DNA of 46,666 nucleotides from positions 1-46,666 of the forward strand of contig CDMY01000590.1 of NCBI GenBank assembly GCA_001179505.1. Reading direction: 5' to 3'. The notes under the pieces are model-generated. The model was not told the origin of the DNA. It did not search any database and was given only the letters and a program-made list of their open reading frames with translations. Both the position numbers and the translations under genes were made by a program. Positions 24,001-35,020 of the stretch are shown in pieces (position 1 is the first letter of the stretch; the number at the start of each line of letters is the position of its first letter). This DNA is from Vitrella brassicaformis CCMP3155. Taxonomy: Eukaryota; Protista; Chromerida.

Positions 24001-25703
24001 ATCAAGGTAATGCCAGCAACGGAAAGATGAGACATCCAAACCGATGCATCTTACTCATTGTCCGCGTCTCTCTCCTCCTCAGCAACAGCGCGCTCTGGAG
24101 CATGCCAGAGCCTTTGTATGCCTGCGTCACGCGGCCAAGAGCATGCTGCTGCGGGCCTCACACCAGCGCACCAAAGCCCTCCTCACAGCATGGAGGCGCG
24201 CCACAACAGTCAGACGTCGCCGTGCAGACATCGGTGCCACGGCTGCCCGTCAGTGTGCGGCGAGGCGTGTGAGGGGCGTGTGGAGGGCGTGGCGGGAGCA
24301 GTTCGTCCACATGCAGAGGCTCGCCTCACTTGCCGATAACATGAGGGCACAGCGGGAGGCAAAAGAGCTCGGTACGTGACCAAAGACACCACACGCAATG
24401 ATGGACTGTCCGATGTACACACTCGCGGAATGCTTGACCGGGCGCGTGTGGTTCTCAGGCGGTGTGTTGGAGGTGTGGGGGAGGTGGGCGAGTGCGAGGA
24501 GGGAGGAGAGGGACAGGCTGGGGGCCATCGCAGCCCACGTGAGGGCGCGACAGGTCGTGTCATCGGTCAGCAAAATCTTCCTCACGTGGCGACAAAGGGC
24601 TGAAGAAGTGGTCAGCGACCCACCCGCAAAGGGAAAAGGGACATACACTATAGCACACATGCCTCACTTGTCTCTCCTCTCCCCTTGGTGTTTCAGCTGT
24701 GGCATCGACGTCGTTCCCGCATGCTGCTGGTGTTCTCTTCATGGAAGATGTACACGCGAGAGAAGAAGCTCCTGCGCAAGTACCTCCACGACACCATCAA
24801 CAACAGCTCGTCCTCAGCCTCATCTCTCCATTCGCCATCCCGCATGCTCTACAACGTCACACCCACTCCCCGCCCATCAGCGCGTGACAGGGAGGGCGAC
24901 ACCTGGCGGTCGCCCCTCGCACTCCCCTCGGCTGGGACCCCACGGTTGGCATTCAGGAGGCTCTCCCCGGATGCTCAGCAAGGTACGTAGCCAGGTCTAC
25001 ATCCATTTTCTTCGCATGTGTGGCTTGTCGTCATTTCTGTGTCTGTGATCGGGTAGGTATGAGCGTGGTGACGTCCGATCCGGCATCGTCTTATCGTCGG
25101 TCGCCCGTGGCGTCCCCCACTCCGCCTGTGGCTGCCCTGCCCCCTCCCTCACACGCATTTGCCGCCCTTGCGTCAGCGGTGCGCATGCCGCCGCCCGCCA
25201 ACAGGACGCCCCCTCCCCTCCCACACGGCCCCTCCCCTCCCGGCTCCACCGCATCCAACCTCTGGCGCAGCGAGCTGTCCAGCCCCGTCCCACCATCCCC
25301 ACGTATCCATGCCCTCCCCGCACCCACACCCAGGACCAGCACCCCACTACCCATCCATGGCCATCTGCGTGTGCGTGAGGGGCCTCCTCCTCTGCTATCC
25401 AGTTCTTCGCCCGAGCCGCTCGTTCGGTCATCGGAGCTGTCGGCTAGTCTGGCGCTGCTGAAGCGTTTGGAGGCCCAGAAGAAAGAAGGGGCAGTGGCCG
25501 AGGAGCACACGCCGCCACTGGTCAAAATGCTGCTCAACAAGGGGCGGGACGGCCATACTCGTGCCAAGAGCGCCAAAGGTTCGCCTTTGCAGGAGGGTGA
25601 GGGCGGCGGTGTGGACGTGGGCGTGGCGGTGGCCAGCCCGGCAGCTCGGTCGCCCTGGAGCGACCCAGGGCTGCCGCAGAGGATAGCCGGGCACCTTGAT
25701 TGA
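15035..25703 (+). CDS. SFI1: Large Sfi1-like centrin-binding repeat protein; >20 short introns; Pro/Ser-rich C-terminus
   Basis: Dozens of R-rich repeats ending (F/L)xxW[R/K], e.g. LRRYFRLWRR, LRSCFAEWR, HECFEQWR, VRGCFMGWR, AGRAMEAWR, LADTWDEWR, QRRALQAWT, LRRVLREWR, LQRTAFHAWR, MSELFAVWR, MLLVFSSWK. N-terminal LLEAYDRVLQRAAIHP..LYRILL resembles Sfi1 N-termini. Exact start and exon chain not fully traced. Confidence 0.82.
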
Positions 25704-25964
25704 TGCCTTGGTGGATTGATTGATTGTGCCCAGCGAGATCTCTTGCTGGTCGCCCAAATGTGGCATCAAGAAAAGGACTATATGGGTGGGTGGGTGGGTA
25801 TGAGACGCGTATCTGTGTGTTGTCCTATTTGTATGTATCGCCCCTTGTATAGAGCACACATGCACTGGCATGCAAGTTATTAAAACTCGCAAAACTCGCT
25901 CATGATGCATGACTACATAGTGCTCATCACGCACAAGACACATGATGGGCTCTCCTCCCGGCAC

Positions 25965-26105
25965 CTATTTCCCATTTGAGGTGTGCTCAGGGACGTCCGA
26001 CGCGCTGTTCTGCTTGTCCCTCTGCTTGTCGTGCAGGCTGATTGACTCATCGTCTTCTACCTTCAGCTCGAGATCTGCCGCTTTGGCGTCGTGATTTCCC
26101 GACAT
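25965..26105 (-). CDS. Short orphan ORF (46 aa, MSGNHDAKAADLELKVEDDES..) downstream of a clear intron; possibly a truncated gene start
   Basis: Upstream CAG|GTAAG donor (~26293) and CCTCAG acceptor (~26126) flank a repeat-rich intron; the ORF is short with no recognised family. Confidence 0.25.
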   Translation of the reverse strand: MSGNHDAKAADLELKVEDDESISLHDKQRDKQNSASDVPEHTSNGK

Positions 26106-26512
26106 CGCACCTACCACAAATGTACCTGAGGTGAGCACAGAGCCAGAGCGAGAGAGGGGACGGACAGGGCGGGAGGGAGAGAGGGAGGGAGAGGGGGAGA
26201 GGGAGGCCAACATCACACACACACATCCATCCATCCATCGATCCATCCATCCATTGATCTCTCTCTTGGTCTCTCTGTCTGTCTGTCCCTTACCTGCAGT
26301 ATTTAGCTCATTGTTTGTTGCCGTTCCCGTCGCCGCTGGACGCCGCCCAGCCCTCACATTTCATAGTCTTTTTCAATCCCGACTGTTGAGAAAAACACCG
26401 GGACCTCAGTAGTGTCCCTAGGCCTGTGTTTGTGGTTTCCGCAAGGATCGCTCTAGAGAGCGCCTTTGAGCCGCCTTCAGAGCCGATCAGCTCTGGACCG
26501 ATAGATGGATGG

Positions 26513-26546
<34 letters not shown>
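26513..26546. repeat. Compound (AC)n(AG)n microsatellite
   Basis: Read directly. Confidence 0.95.
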
Positions 26547-26547
<1 letters not shown>

Positions 26548-27079
26548 CCGTGCGACTTTGATGAGACTGTGCGACTTTGATCTCCAGCCTTGTTCGCTGC
26601 TCTCACCCAGCTGAGCCGTCAGTAGCTGCTCTCACCCAAGCGGACGACGATTGTTGTAACAAATGTATATACACTGATTGAAAGATTCTCCTCGATGATC
26701 TTCTGAGACGTCATTCATTCAATGTTTTCCCCACATCTACAGATAGGCTTCGTTGCCTTCAAATGCCTCATCGGGGAGATGTTCTCTCCACTGACACGTT
26801 GCATCATGAATGGCTACAGACGTCGACGCGTCGCCTCCGGTTCGCTCCGTAGGTGAAAATAGAAGAGGCGAACATTATACACTAGTCTTCGGGGTAGATG
26901 GATGTCGTCCGAGAGAGAGGCGAACACCTACAAATCCGGCACCTATCTTGCCTGAGCCCTGCCGTTGATGCGGATTCCTCAAAGAGACTTCAGGTGTACC
27001 CGTGGGGGATGCCGCGCTGACGGCAATCTTTCGAAAGGGCTACAATGAATGCTCTTGCGAAGACAGCGCCTTCGACCCG

Positions 27080-27833
27080 CTGGTCTGCTGTTGATGAAGC
27101 GATTTGTGAAGAACGTATCGCCGGCGGCCTTGGTCTATGCCCAGCCCGCTACGCTGTTCGTGTCGGCTCTATGCCGGCTGCATTCTTTCACTTTTTCATT
27201 TTTTCAATGGTCTGATGAGGATTATGCGCTTTCCCTCACCGCCCAGCCCGATCTGTCGGCTTCATACATGCACGCGTGGACGCAACTCCCTGGTGTCTCA
27301 CTTTCTAGCTACTCAGCCCTCCCCTGCGAACTTAAGCTTGTGTCCCTTGATGGGTTACCAACGGACGGACAGTCACTGACACATCCATCAAATGTGTCGG
27401 TGGTCGTCTGCTGCCGTATGGATGGACAAATCAGTCATGTCTCGGGCGATGTCCTCATGCAATGAACTCGCCGACGCATCTATTGACCCTTCCCCGCCTG
27501 CCTGGTCTGCTGTTGCAATGAGCAACCTACTGGAGGAAGCATGAGTGGCGGCGTTGTAGTCCATGGCCGATCCGCTACCTTTGTATCGATGTGATGCGGC
27601 ATGTATTTCCGCCTCCTAATACATTTTCGTTTCTTGTCGGCTTCATACATGTACGTGTCGATGAGCCATCTGGTGTCTCACTCAAGCTGAGACTTAGCTC
27701 CAATTCAGCTCTCCCCTTGCGAAGGTGTGCCATTAAAATATTATATTATTATGATGCATGATGCATAGGCCTTCATGGGATCAATGGACAGACAGACACT
27801 GACACATCCATCAAATGTGTCGGCGGTCGTCTG
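27080..27833. repeat. Diverged tandem duplication, period ~422 bp (27080-27410 vs 27502-27833)
   Basis: Colinear anchors CTGGTCTGCTGTTG, TGTCGGCTTCATACATG, CTGGTGTCTCACT and CACTGACACATCCATCAAATGTGTCGG(T/C)GGTCGTCTG occur in both units. Confidence 0.85.
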
Positions 27834-28423
27834 GCACCCCGTTAAAGCGTCCTCCCTTTTTTCATCTTTACTTGCTGATTTTTAAAATTACTCCTTCGAT
27901 TTTTTGAGGGCTTTGGGAAGTGTCAAAAAAAGAGATAGAGGGAGAGGGCACAGAGGGGGGTCAGGAAGGCGAAGCTTTTCGGTTTCCGCCCGCGAAAAAT
28001 GGCTATTTTTGCTGCCGAAAAAAGCGCTCGGCACATCACCGAGACAGCGGAAACGTCGAGGAAAATAGTTGATTGATTGATTAATTGATTAATTGATTAT
28101 TTGATAGTTGATGTACGTACCATCCCCGACTGTCTGTCTCTGTAAATGAATGTGGTGCCTCTGCCGACACTGTCTGGCACTGTCTGGCTGTTTGTCTGTG
28201 TGAATTATGTATGCATGTCTCTATGTGTTGTTGTGTAATTCTATGTCTGTCGTCTGTGTGCGTGCGTGTATGTGTGTAAGTGTGAAGGCAAAGTTCGATG
28301 TGTGAAGGACATTGGTTTACGAGAGAAGAACATGGCAAAGAAGCTGTGATTCAAATTGTGTGTTCACTGGTGTTCCCAGATATGCAACTCAAATTTTCTG
28401 AATATTTTCCTCCTTTTCTTGCG

Positions 28424-28606
28424 TTGGCGCGTAGTGCGAGTATGTGTGTGCGTGGTGGGCGGCGCCGCTGGAAGATACGTCAGGCGGGCGCTGAGGATGG
28501 TGCTGGCATGTTTGTCGCATGATTGAGGGTTGGTCGATGTTGACGCAGTTCGTTTTCATGAGAGACCGACAGACTCCGCCTGCTGTTGCGCTATGAGTTA
28601 ACGTAT
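28424..28606. repeat. SINE-like short dispersed repeat, copy A (183 bp)
   Basis: Near-identical to 30362-30543 (TTGGCGCGTAGTGCGAG...GAGTTAACGTAT). Confidence 0.9.
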
Positions 28607-28714
28607 TTCCCCCCTTCCCTGATGTGAAGGTGTTTTCCCTTCTTCTTCTTCTTCTTCTCTTCTTCCCGTTTGCGTTGCTCCGGTGCGTCCCATTTGCGGT
28701 GCTCATCGGATAAA

Positions 28715-29070
28715 AATGCAACTGGGCCTGACGCTTCTGCTGTGGCTCGCCCAGTGGGTAAGAAGCGTCCGATCGGGGTTCGTTACTAGCCGTTTTTCTC
28801 TGTTCGCTTCCAAGCTATGTAGCTTGACACACTGAAGCAAGGCGAGTCAGTGAGGTTGGTTGGGAGAGATTCCCTTCCGTAGAAGCGCTCACCGCGCCCA
28901 TTGGCTTTACTCAGTGACGTGCTGACTCTGACTGCCTCGTGAAGGATGGTTGGGAGCGTGCTTGAGATCGGAAGGGCCACCTCGAGATCTGCTGGAGCAC
29001 ACGCAACGTGACTTCAAGTGACGTCTTGACGTGTCCAAGCAGAACCGCATCGAAATCAGCTACAGAAAAG
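28715..29070. repeat. ~360-bp dispersed repeat, solo copy 3 of the family at 3497 / 4381
   Basis: AATGCAACTGGGCCTGACG...ATCAGCTACAGAAAAG; same orientation, more substitutions. Confidence 0.93.
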
Positions 29071-29356
29071 GTTTAACCCGAGAGCACGTCGGAATATACG
29101 CGCAAAACGAAACCCCCCAATTTTACGAGGGTGTTGCGCCTTTACAGCAAAAGCTTTCGGCCTCCTTTTTTATCACCCAAAGGCTTACTAAGGTCTTCGC
29201 GGGACTCCAACCGCCCACCTTCACTCCACGCCAGGTCCGCCCATCCGTCCCTTCTACGGTCTAGCCACATCTCCCCCCGTTTCTCCCTCTTGTGCTGTCT
29301 GTCTGTGTGCGTGTGTGTTCCTGTTGTCCTTTTGCTGTTGTCGGCGCGGCAGGCCA

Positions 29357-30130
29357 ATGCATCCCGGCGTGCCCAGATCACTGGTCCTCCTCGGCCTCGT
29401 CCTCATACTAGGCTTCTCGTCGGCGGCAGTCGTTGTCTCCCGACCAAACAACACCAGCCGCCCACGCCCTTCCCGTTCCTACGGCGCAGGTGTGTCCCTG
29501 CTGACTTCAAATGCCCTGGATATTTCCTCGCGAAAGAGTCGGCTCACCTCCGCGACAGATGGCGGTCAGCTAGGAGCAGATGATGGCAAAACTTCTTCAC
29601 TTAGCCAGTTCGTTCTCGGTCCATCTCGCCCGACCATGGAGCCTAAGCAGAGCATGGAGGCGTACATGGACCCGTATCCCAAGTACAAGAAGTATCGACA
29701 CCGCAAGGGCGGGGATGACTATGACGAGCATGATGATGACGACGAGTATTCCAAGTACAAGAAGTATCGACACCGCAAGGGCGGGGATGACTATGACGAG
29801 CATGATGATGACGACGAGTATTCCAAGTACAAGAAGTATCGACACCGCAAGGGCGGGGATGACTATGACGAGCATGATGATGACGACGAGTATTCCAAGT
29901 ACAAGAATCGAAACAAAGCCAAGCACCGCGCGATTCACGAGGTTTCTAGAAAGACATTCGACTGTTCGTCAAATTGCGGTCTTCGACTGCTGCGATCAGG
30001 TATACAAGAAGCATCTCCGCGCGTCGTTCCTTGCATAGTGGACGATCCGCATTTGTCTTATGCAAGCTGGCGAACCAAGATTTCGGTCACTCCACTCGCA
30101 CGAGACATAGGTCGACTGACGTGCCGATAA
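29357..30130 (+). CDS. Secreted low-complexity protein with three exact 24-aa repeats (KYKKYRHRKGGDDYDEHDDDDEYS)
   Basis: Signal peptide MHPGVPRSLVLLGLVLILGFSSA; open frame; a possible in-frame intron near 29490-29559; the 3' end may be spliced differently. Confidence 0.7.
   Translation: MHPGVPRSLVLLGLVLILGFSSAAVVVSRPNNTSRPRPSRSYGAGVSLLTSNALDISSRKSRLTSATDGGQLGADDGKTSSLSQFVLGPSRPTMEPKQSMEAYMDPYPKYKKYRHRKGGDDYDEHDDDDEYSKYKKYRHRKGGDDYDEHDDDDEYSKYKKYRHRKGGDDYDEHDDDDEYSKYKNRNKAKHRAIHEVSRKTFDCSSNCGLRLLRSGIQEASPRVVPCIVDDPHLSYASWRTKISVTPLARDIGRLTCR
29679..29907 (+). repeat. 72-bp perfect coding tandem repeat x3.2
   Basis: Units start at 29679, 29751, 29823 and (partial) 29895. Confidence 0.97.
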
Positions 30131-30330
30131 GAACTTAAGAGTAGGGAAGCAATAATGGAACGCTTCGATGTGTCACTTATACGACAAATCCTTTGTTAAT
30201 ATATCCTGAACGATCCATGTCGAAATACGGACACTTCACGATGTCGAGGGCCGATAATATCATAAATGAGAAGTCCCACATACAACAAACAAAACAACAT
30301 CACACGCCGTCAAATCTACCCATCTACAAT

Positions 30331-30548
30331 AAGGTGGGTTCGTGCTCGTCTGTCTGTTGCCTTGGCGCGTAGTGCGAGTATGTGTGTGCGTGGTGGGCGG
30401 CGCCGCTGGGAGATACGCCAGGCGGGCGCTGAGGATGGTGCTGGCATGTTTGTCGCATGATTGAGGGTTGGTCGATGTTGACGCAGTTCGTTTCATGAGA
30501 GACCGACAGACTCCGCCTGCTGTTGCGCTATGAGTTAACGTATGTCAC
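30331..30548. mobile_element. SINE-like insertion, copy B (~218 bp), flanked by a 13-bp target-site duplication
   Basis: ACCCATCTACAAT at 30318-30330 and 30549-30561 brackets the repeat. Confidence 0.75.
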
Positions 30549-32221
30549 ACCCATCTACAATCCATGCGTACTGTCTACCGTGGCTGTTCATAGATTGTAC
30601 GTTGACGAGCGCTGACTAGAAACGTTTGTACGCATTGTTTTGATAGAATGTACAGACGTAAAATATATAAATACATATTAGACACTACGTTGACGGATGC
30701 ATGGTCTTGAATGGTCGGGAAGGAGAGACACTGGAAGCGTGGATCGACTGGAGGACCTTCGCATCAATGCAGTGCTCACCTGTTCGACTTGGTTGAATTG
30801 CGCAATCCACATTCAAGTTGCATCAAACAATTAGGAAGCCCCAAATCGCGAGAGAGTGGATCAATGGCTTGTTCTAGATGAGACATGAAAAGACGCTCAC
30901 ATGACATCAAATCATGGTTCACAATCACGGGAATCATGAGAATGAATCGAAAGTTTTGTTGCACAAGATACAAAATCAGCATTGATTGAAAAGTTTGTTC
31001 GTTCTTGTTCTACTACACGCACAGGGAGACACGTGCACAGAATGAGGCATTTGAAGGCCACGTTAGTATCCAGGATGGCTCTGCAGACTTCCCTGAGACG
31101 CCCTGGCTGGTTTCCAGGTGTGGATCATCAGTTGTTCTTGTCGAGAGACAATCTGCATTAACCGTAAAACTCGTCTGTGTGTCCGTGACACTCGGCTTTT
31201 GGACTGTCTGTATCTATTATTTCATTCGGATCTCACACCACCCCGTGCAAGCCTCCTCCCCTGATCGCACATTTTTTAAAACGTCTCAAAGGTGTCAAAA
31301 CAATATTTAGAAAAAAATATTTAAAACAACGCAAAAAATGAAAAATTGAGGAGAAAAACCCGCCAAACAAGGGACACATTTAAAAGCCGCAAAAAAGGAA
31401 GGAGAAAACTACGAATCTGGTTTGCCTGCCTCTTCTCCCTCCATCCCCCCCCCCNNNNNNNNNNNNNNNNNNNNNNNNNNNNNNNNNNNNNNNNNNNNNN
31501 NNNNNNNNNNNNNNNNNNNNNNNNNNNNNNNNNNNNNNNNNNNNNNNNNNNNNNNNNNNNNNNNNNNNNNNNNNNNNNNNNNNNNNNNNNNNNNNNNNNN
31601 NNNNNNNNNNNNNNNNNNNNNNNNNNNNNNNNNNNNNNNNNNNNNNNNNNNNNNNNNNNNNNNNNNNNNNNNNNNNNNNNNNNNNNNNNNNNNNNNNNNN
31701 NNNNNNNNNNNNNNNNNNNNNNNNNNNNNNNNNNNNNNNNNNNNNNNNNNNNNNCCCCCCCCCCTCCCTCCCTGCCTTCACACCTCATTTGTCTGTGTGA
31801 GCCGCCCGCTCTCGATTGTCACTGACCGAAGCTCTAGCGAATCGCCCACTGCATCCCGATCATTGAATGATCATTCATCATCATTTGCCCATCGCTTTTG
31901 TCAGGTTACTTTTGCGTCGCACGATCAGCGTGTATCGAATATCATTTCCCGTATCATCTGATAAGACTATCTTGAAAATAGTCTGTTCTCCTTTGTGTAG
32001 CTGTCCGGCAAGGTCATCACGGTCAAGAACCTGGAGGAAAGAAAATGACGTCAAAGGCTTTTCGTCTTTGGCTCCAGAAAGCCTTTCCTCACATCGTATC
32101 CAGATGCCCGGGGTGGTCCAGATGCCGCGGCGCTGGTGCATGGCAACGGCGGGGGCAAGGCGCTGCTGGGGTACCTGAGCAACTATGAGGCCGGTGCCTG
32201 GACCGAGGAGAATGGGTCGTT

Positions 32222-32814
32222 GTGGCATATGTGGCATCTGAGAGACGACGAGTCTCCCTATGTGCAGCCCACCCTGGTCCTGGCTGTTGTCTGCAACGAT
32301 CGGAATTAGCGCATGACGAGTTTGCCCGTAGACTGATGAGGCTGCAACTGGACCATCGAAAAACCGCTCTTTTCCTGTGGCGCCATCCCAAGTGCACGGT
32401 CCCACTGGACGCGGCCTTCTATTGAGGGCAACTGTTCCCACCGAGGGGCCCACGAGCAGGTCCTACGCGTCACGCGCCACGCACTTGTTCCTGATCGAAA
32501 GCGGCTTCGTTATCGAGAGGCCGGACACACTGCAGCAGCTCGTCCAGGACAACCTCACCGCGGCCATCCCGTTTGCATCAAACCAAGGGTCGCCCCCAGA
32601 ACATACCAATTTCGTCGCATCGATGGACCAGAACAAGGACCTGTCTTCTGGCCAGCATCGAGGCTTATGGCGTGTAGAATGCTGGTCGAGGGCCATATTG
32701 ATCAGACGGGACCACCAGCCGAGCATGGAGGACGCACTACAGGCGACGGCGCATGGAGACACGTGCCGCCCGCCAGTGGGGCAATATTTGTCTGTGACCT
32801 TCGACAATCGGTAG
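32222..32814 (+). pseudogene. Frameshifted fragment of a PLOD/COLGALT-like glycosyltransferase-fold domain
   Basis: LMRLQLDHRKTALF and THLFLIESGFVIERPDTLQQLVQDNLTAAIPF..RGLWRVECWSRAILI resemble, from memory, the PLOD/COLGALT pattern L..L..P....L / LFVDAD....NPDTL..LI..N..V.APM..G...VP. The two pieces are in different frames and DxD is replaced by ESG. Confidence 0.45.
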
Positions 32815-33097
32815 AGCTATGGCAGACTGATAGAGGGCTGGTAGCCCGGGTGTGGCTCTGGTGAGTGTGGGTGGGGCGGTGCATTGATTGGCACGGGTAA
32901 GTGATCATTGCCTGCGGACTCGGTAAGCATTCGTCTGTTTGTCGGTCAACGGAGTTATTGGTTGTCTTCGCGTACTCACCGAAGCCACATTGACAATTGG
33001 CACACATACATTCGTCCACACCCACACACGCCCTACAGTATCATCATCTCATGTCCCATCCACACCACAGAGCACACGTTTTGCCACATACACACAT

Positions 33098-33776
33098 TCA
33101 GTCCGGCTGAAAAGGGTTAGTAATGTTCCTTGCCGGCGGTGTGCTGCTAACAGCATCCCCCCTCTCGACCACACGCCTGCCCCTCTCGGTCATCGACTTG
33201 CTCCGATCTGACGTCTCCCACTGCGGCGACCGACTCACTGTAGCCATGCCATTGGGGGTCGGTGCGCCACTCGACGAAGCGAAGGGGTTGGTCGGCGGCT
33301 GACTCTCAGCAGCGGCAGTAAATGGGTTCAGGGGCACGGTGCTGGGGATGGGGGTGGTGATGTCCGGTGCCCTCCTCGCTGGCACAGGCGATCGCGGGAG
33401 AGGCACGGAGGGTGCAGGCTGGCGGGGCGTAATTGCTGGTGGTGGCGAAGGACTCGACAATGGCAGTGGCTGCCTCGCCGGTGGTGGTACAGTAGCAGTA
33501 GACGCTGCCGAATGGGTTGAACCCCACAGAAGATGATCATGACGGTGACGGCGGCGGCATGTCGGCTCCCATCATGGAGGAGAGGAACGGGGAGGGGGCA
33601 GAGGGCGGCTGGGTGGGCTCTGCGGCGGCTGTCATGTCCGATCGCGTCAGCTGCTGCGGGAAGAGGCCCCTGCCGAAGTACTCGGCCACGTGTGCAAATC
33701 CGTCCGGGGATCCTCTGAGGAACTTGAAGAACTCGTCGCTGTTCTTGGCCTGTGCCTCTCGCTGCTCTCGAACCAC
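33098..33776 (-). pseudogene. VPS11: 3' fragment of VPS11 (Vps11_C motif) with a Pro-rich, NPF-containing tail; in-frame stop and frameshift
   Basis: After a TGCAG acceptor: VVREQREAQAKNSDEFFKFLRGSPDGFAHVAEYFGRGLF, matching the Vps11 C-terminal pattern H/D.F...L..S.D.F..IA.YFGRG.F. TGA at 33537-33539, frame change near 33500. No upstream RING exon found. Confidence 0.72.
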
Positions 33777-35020
33777 CTGCAGGCACACAAGAAAGAGCAT
33801 TCTCATGACGCGGGCGTGTGTGTATACGTGTGTGTGTGTGTGGTCTTGCGCTTTTTGGCTGATGTAGGGAACTGTTTTGCCTGTGCCTCCGGCGATATCC
33901 CTCAATGACAAAAATCAGCCAAGAAATCACCAGATTCGAAGTGGCGTGGGACTTTACGCCGATACAGCGTACAGGGCGGAGCGGGTCGCTAAATATGGGT
34001 CGAAGGATAGAAGTGCGAGAGATGTCTCACTATTGCTAAAGGTCTGTTGGAGCCGGTCCGCCGCTCCTCGCCCTTGCTTGTGTCGCACGAGTAGACGGCT
34101 AGCTTGACATGGGGGAAATGGGGGCAATACATGCGTGAAGACTGCAGAAGGGAACAATGAGCTGATGATCTATCTACGCTCTGCAAAGCCCTGGCATAAC
34201 GCTACGCTTTCCTTATCCTTCCAACGACCAGCCTGACAAGCACTCACTCGAATTCATCAACCAACAACAGCCTGGCGGCAAGTCGAAGCACAGCCCTTCG
34301 CTGCAGAAGGGCGCAAGGGATGCTCAGCATTCCCCTAGATGAGTCCTGGGGTGACGGGGGCTCGATTGTCGGGGCTTACTCGACGTTGTCTTCCTCTTCC
34401 TGGCCCCTCCTGCAGCCGTGGATTTGTGCTGCATAGAATCAGCGGTGGTGGGGCCCTGTGGTGGCTTCGGCCAGTCAGAAATCGCACACGATGTACAGGT
34501 GGGAGGGAGAGCCACGGTGTGGCTTGTCCTCCTTCTCTCTCCCATCAGATGAGCCCCGTCAATGGCATACACACAGCTGGTCAGGTTATCACTTGTCACT
34601 GAGTCGTCATGCTACGAGGATGCGGCGGATGGCATTTGGCTGGGAGATACACTCGGGGCGAGAAGCGGCAAGAAGCGGCCTTGGCGTCCGGCATGCACAC
34701 GAGTTGCCGGGGTGTGTGTCGGTCTGTCGGTCTGTCCTCTGTCGGTCTGTCCTCTCTGTCTGCAGGACGACCCGTGCCTCGTCTCCTCGGCCGCTGGCGG
34801 GCGACTCGGAGCCGGAGCCCTTGCGGGTTAGAGAGGACAGGCCATGATGGGTCCGCCGCACAAAGCACCGACATGTGTCAGGATTCCGTCAGACACGATT
34901 TCGCACCCCGCTTGTTGTGAGCACTTACAGAATCTTTCGGGTGGCAGCGGGGACGTTCAATGGCATTTCCCCGTTCTCGCCCCCCAGCCAAACCCGGTGG
35001 ATGAGTCAAAGCTGGCTAAA

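Noticed and set aside
29071-29085. TTAACCC as a piggyBac left end
   Set aside because: No matching GGGTTAA end or TIR in the window.
29679-29907. 72-bp (and 27-bp at 1-81) repeats as a CRISPR array
   Set aside because: Units are contiguous with no unique spacers; the 72-mer is an in-frame coding repeat in a eukaryotic gene.
29597-29938. Hydrophobic minus-strand ORF resembling a multi-TM protein
   Set aside because: Antisense shadow of the K/D/Y repeat.
28424-30543. The two 183-bp direct repeats as LTRs of one element carrying the secreted gene
   Set aside because: Copy B has its own 13-bp TSD and extra sequence; there are no TG..CA ends, PBS or PPT. Independent insertions explain it better.
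26753-31058. 17-mer ATGAGGCATTTGAAGGC shared in inverted orientation at ~26753-26770 and ~31042-31058, as TIRs
   Set aside because: Similarity does not extend on either side and there is no TSD; at most a hint of paralogous decayed exons.
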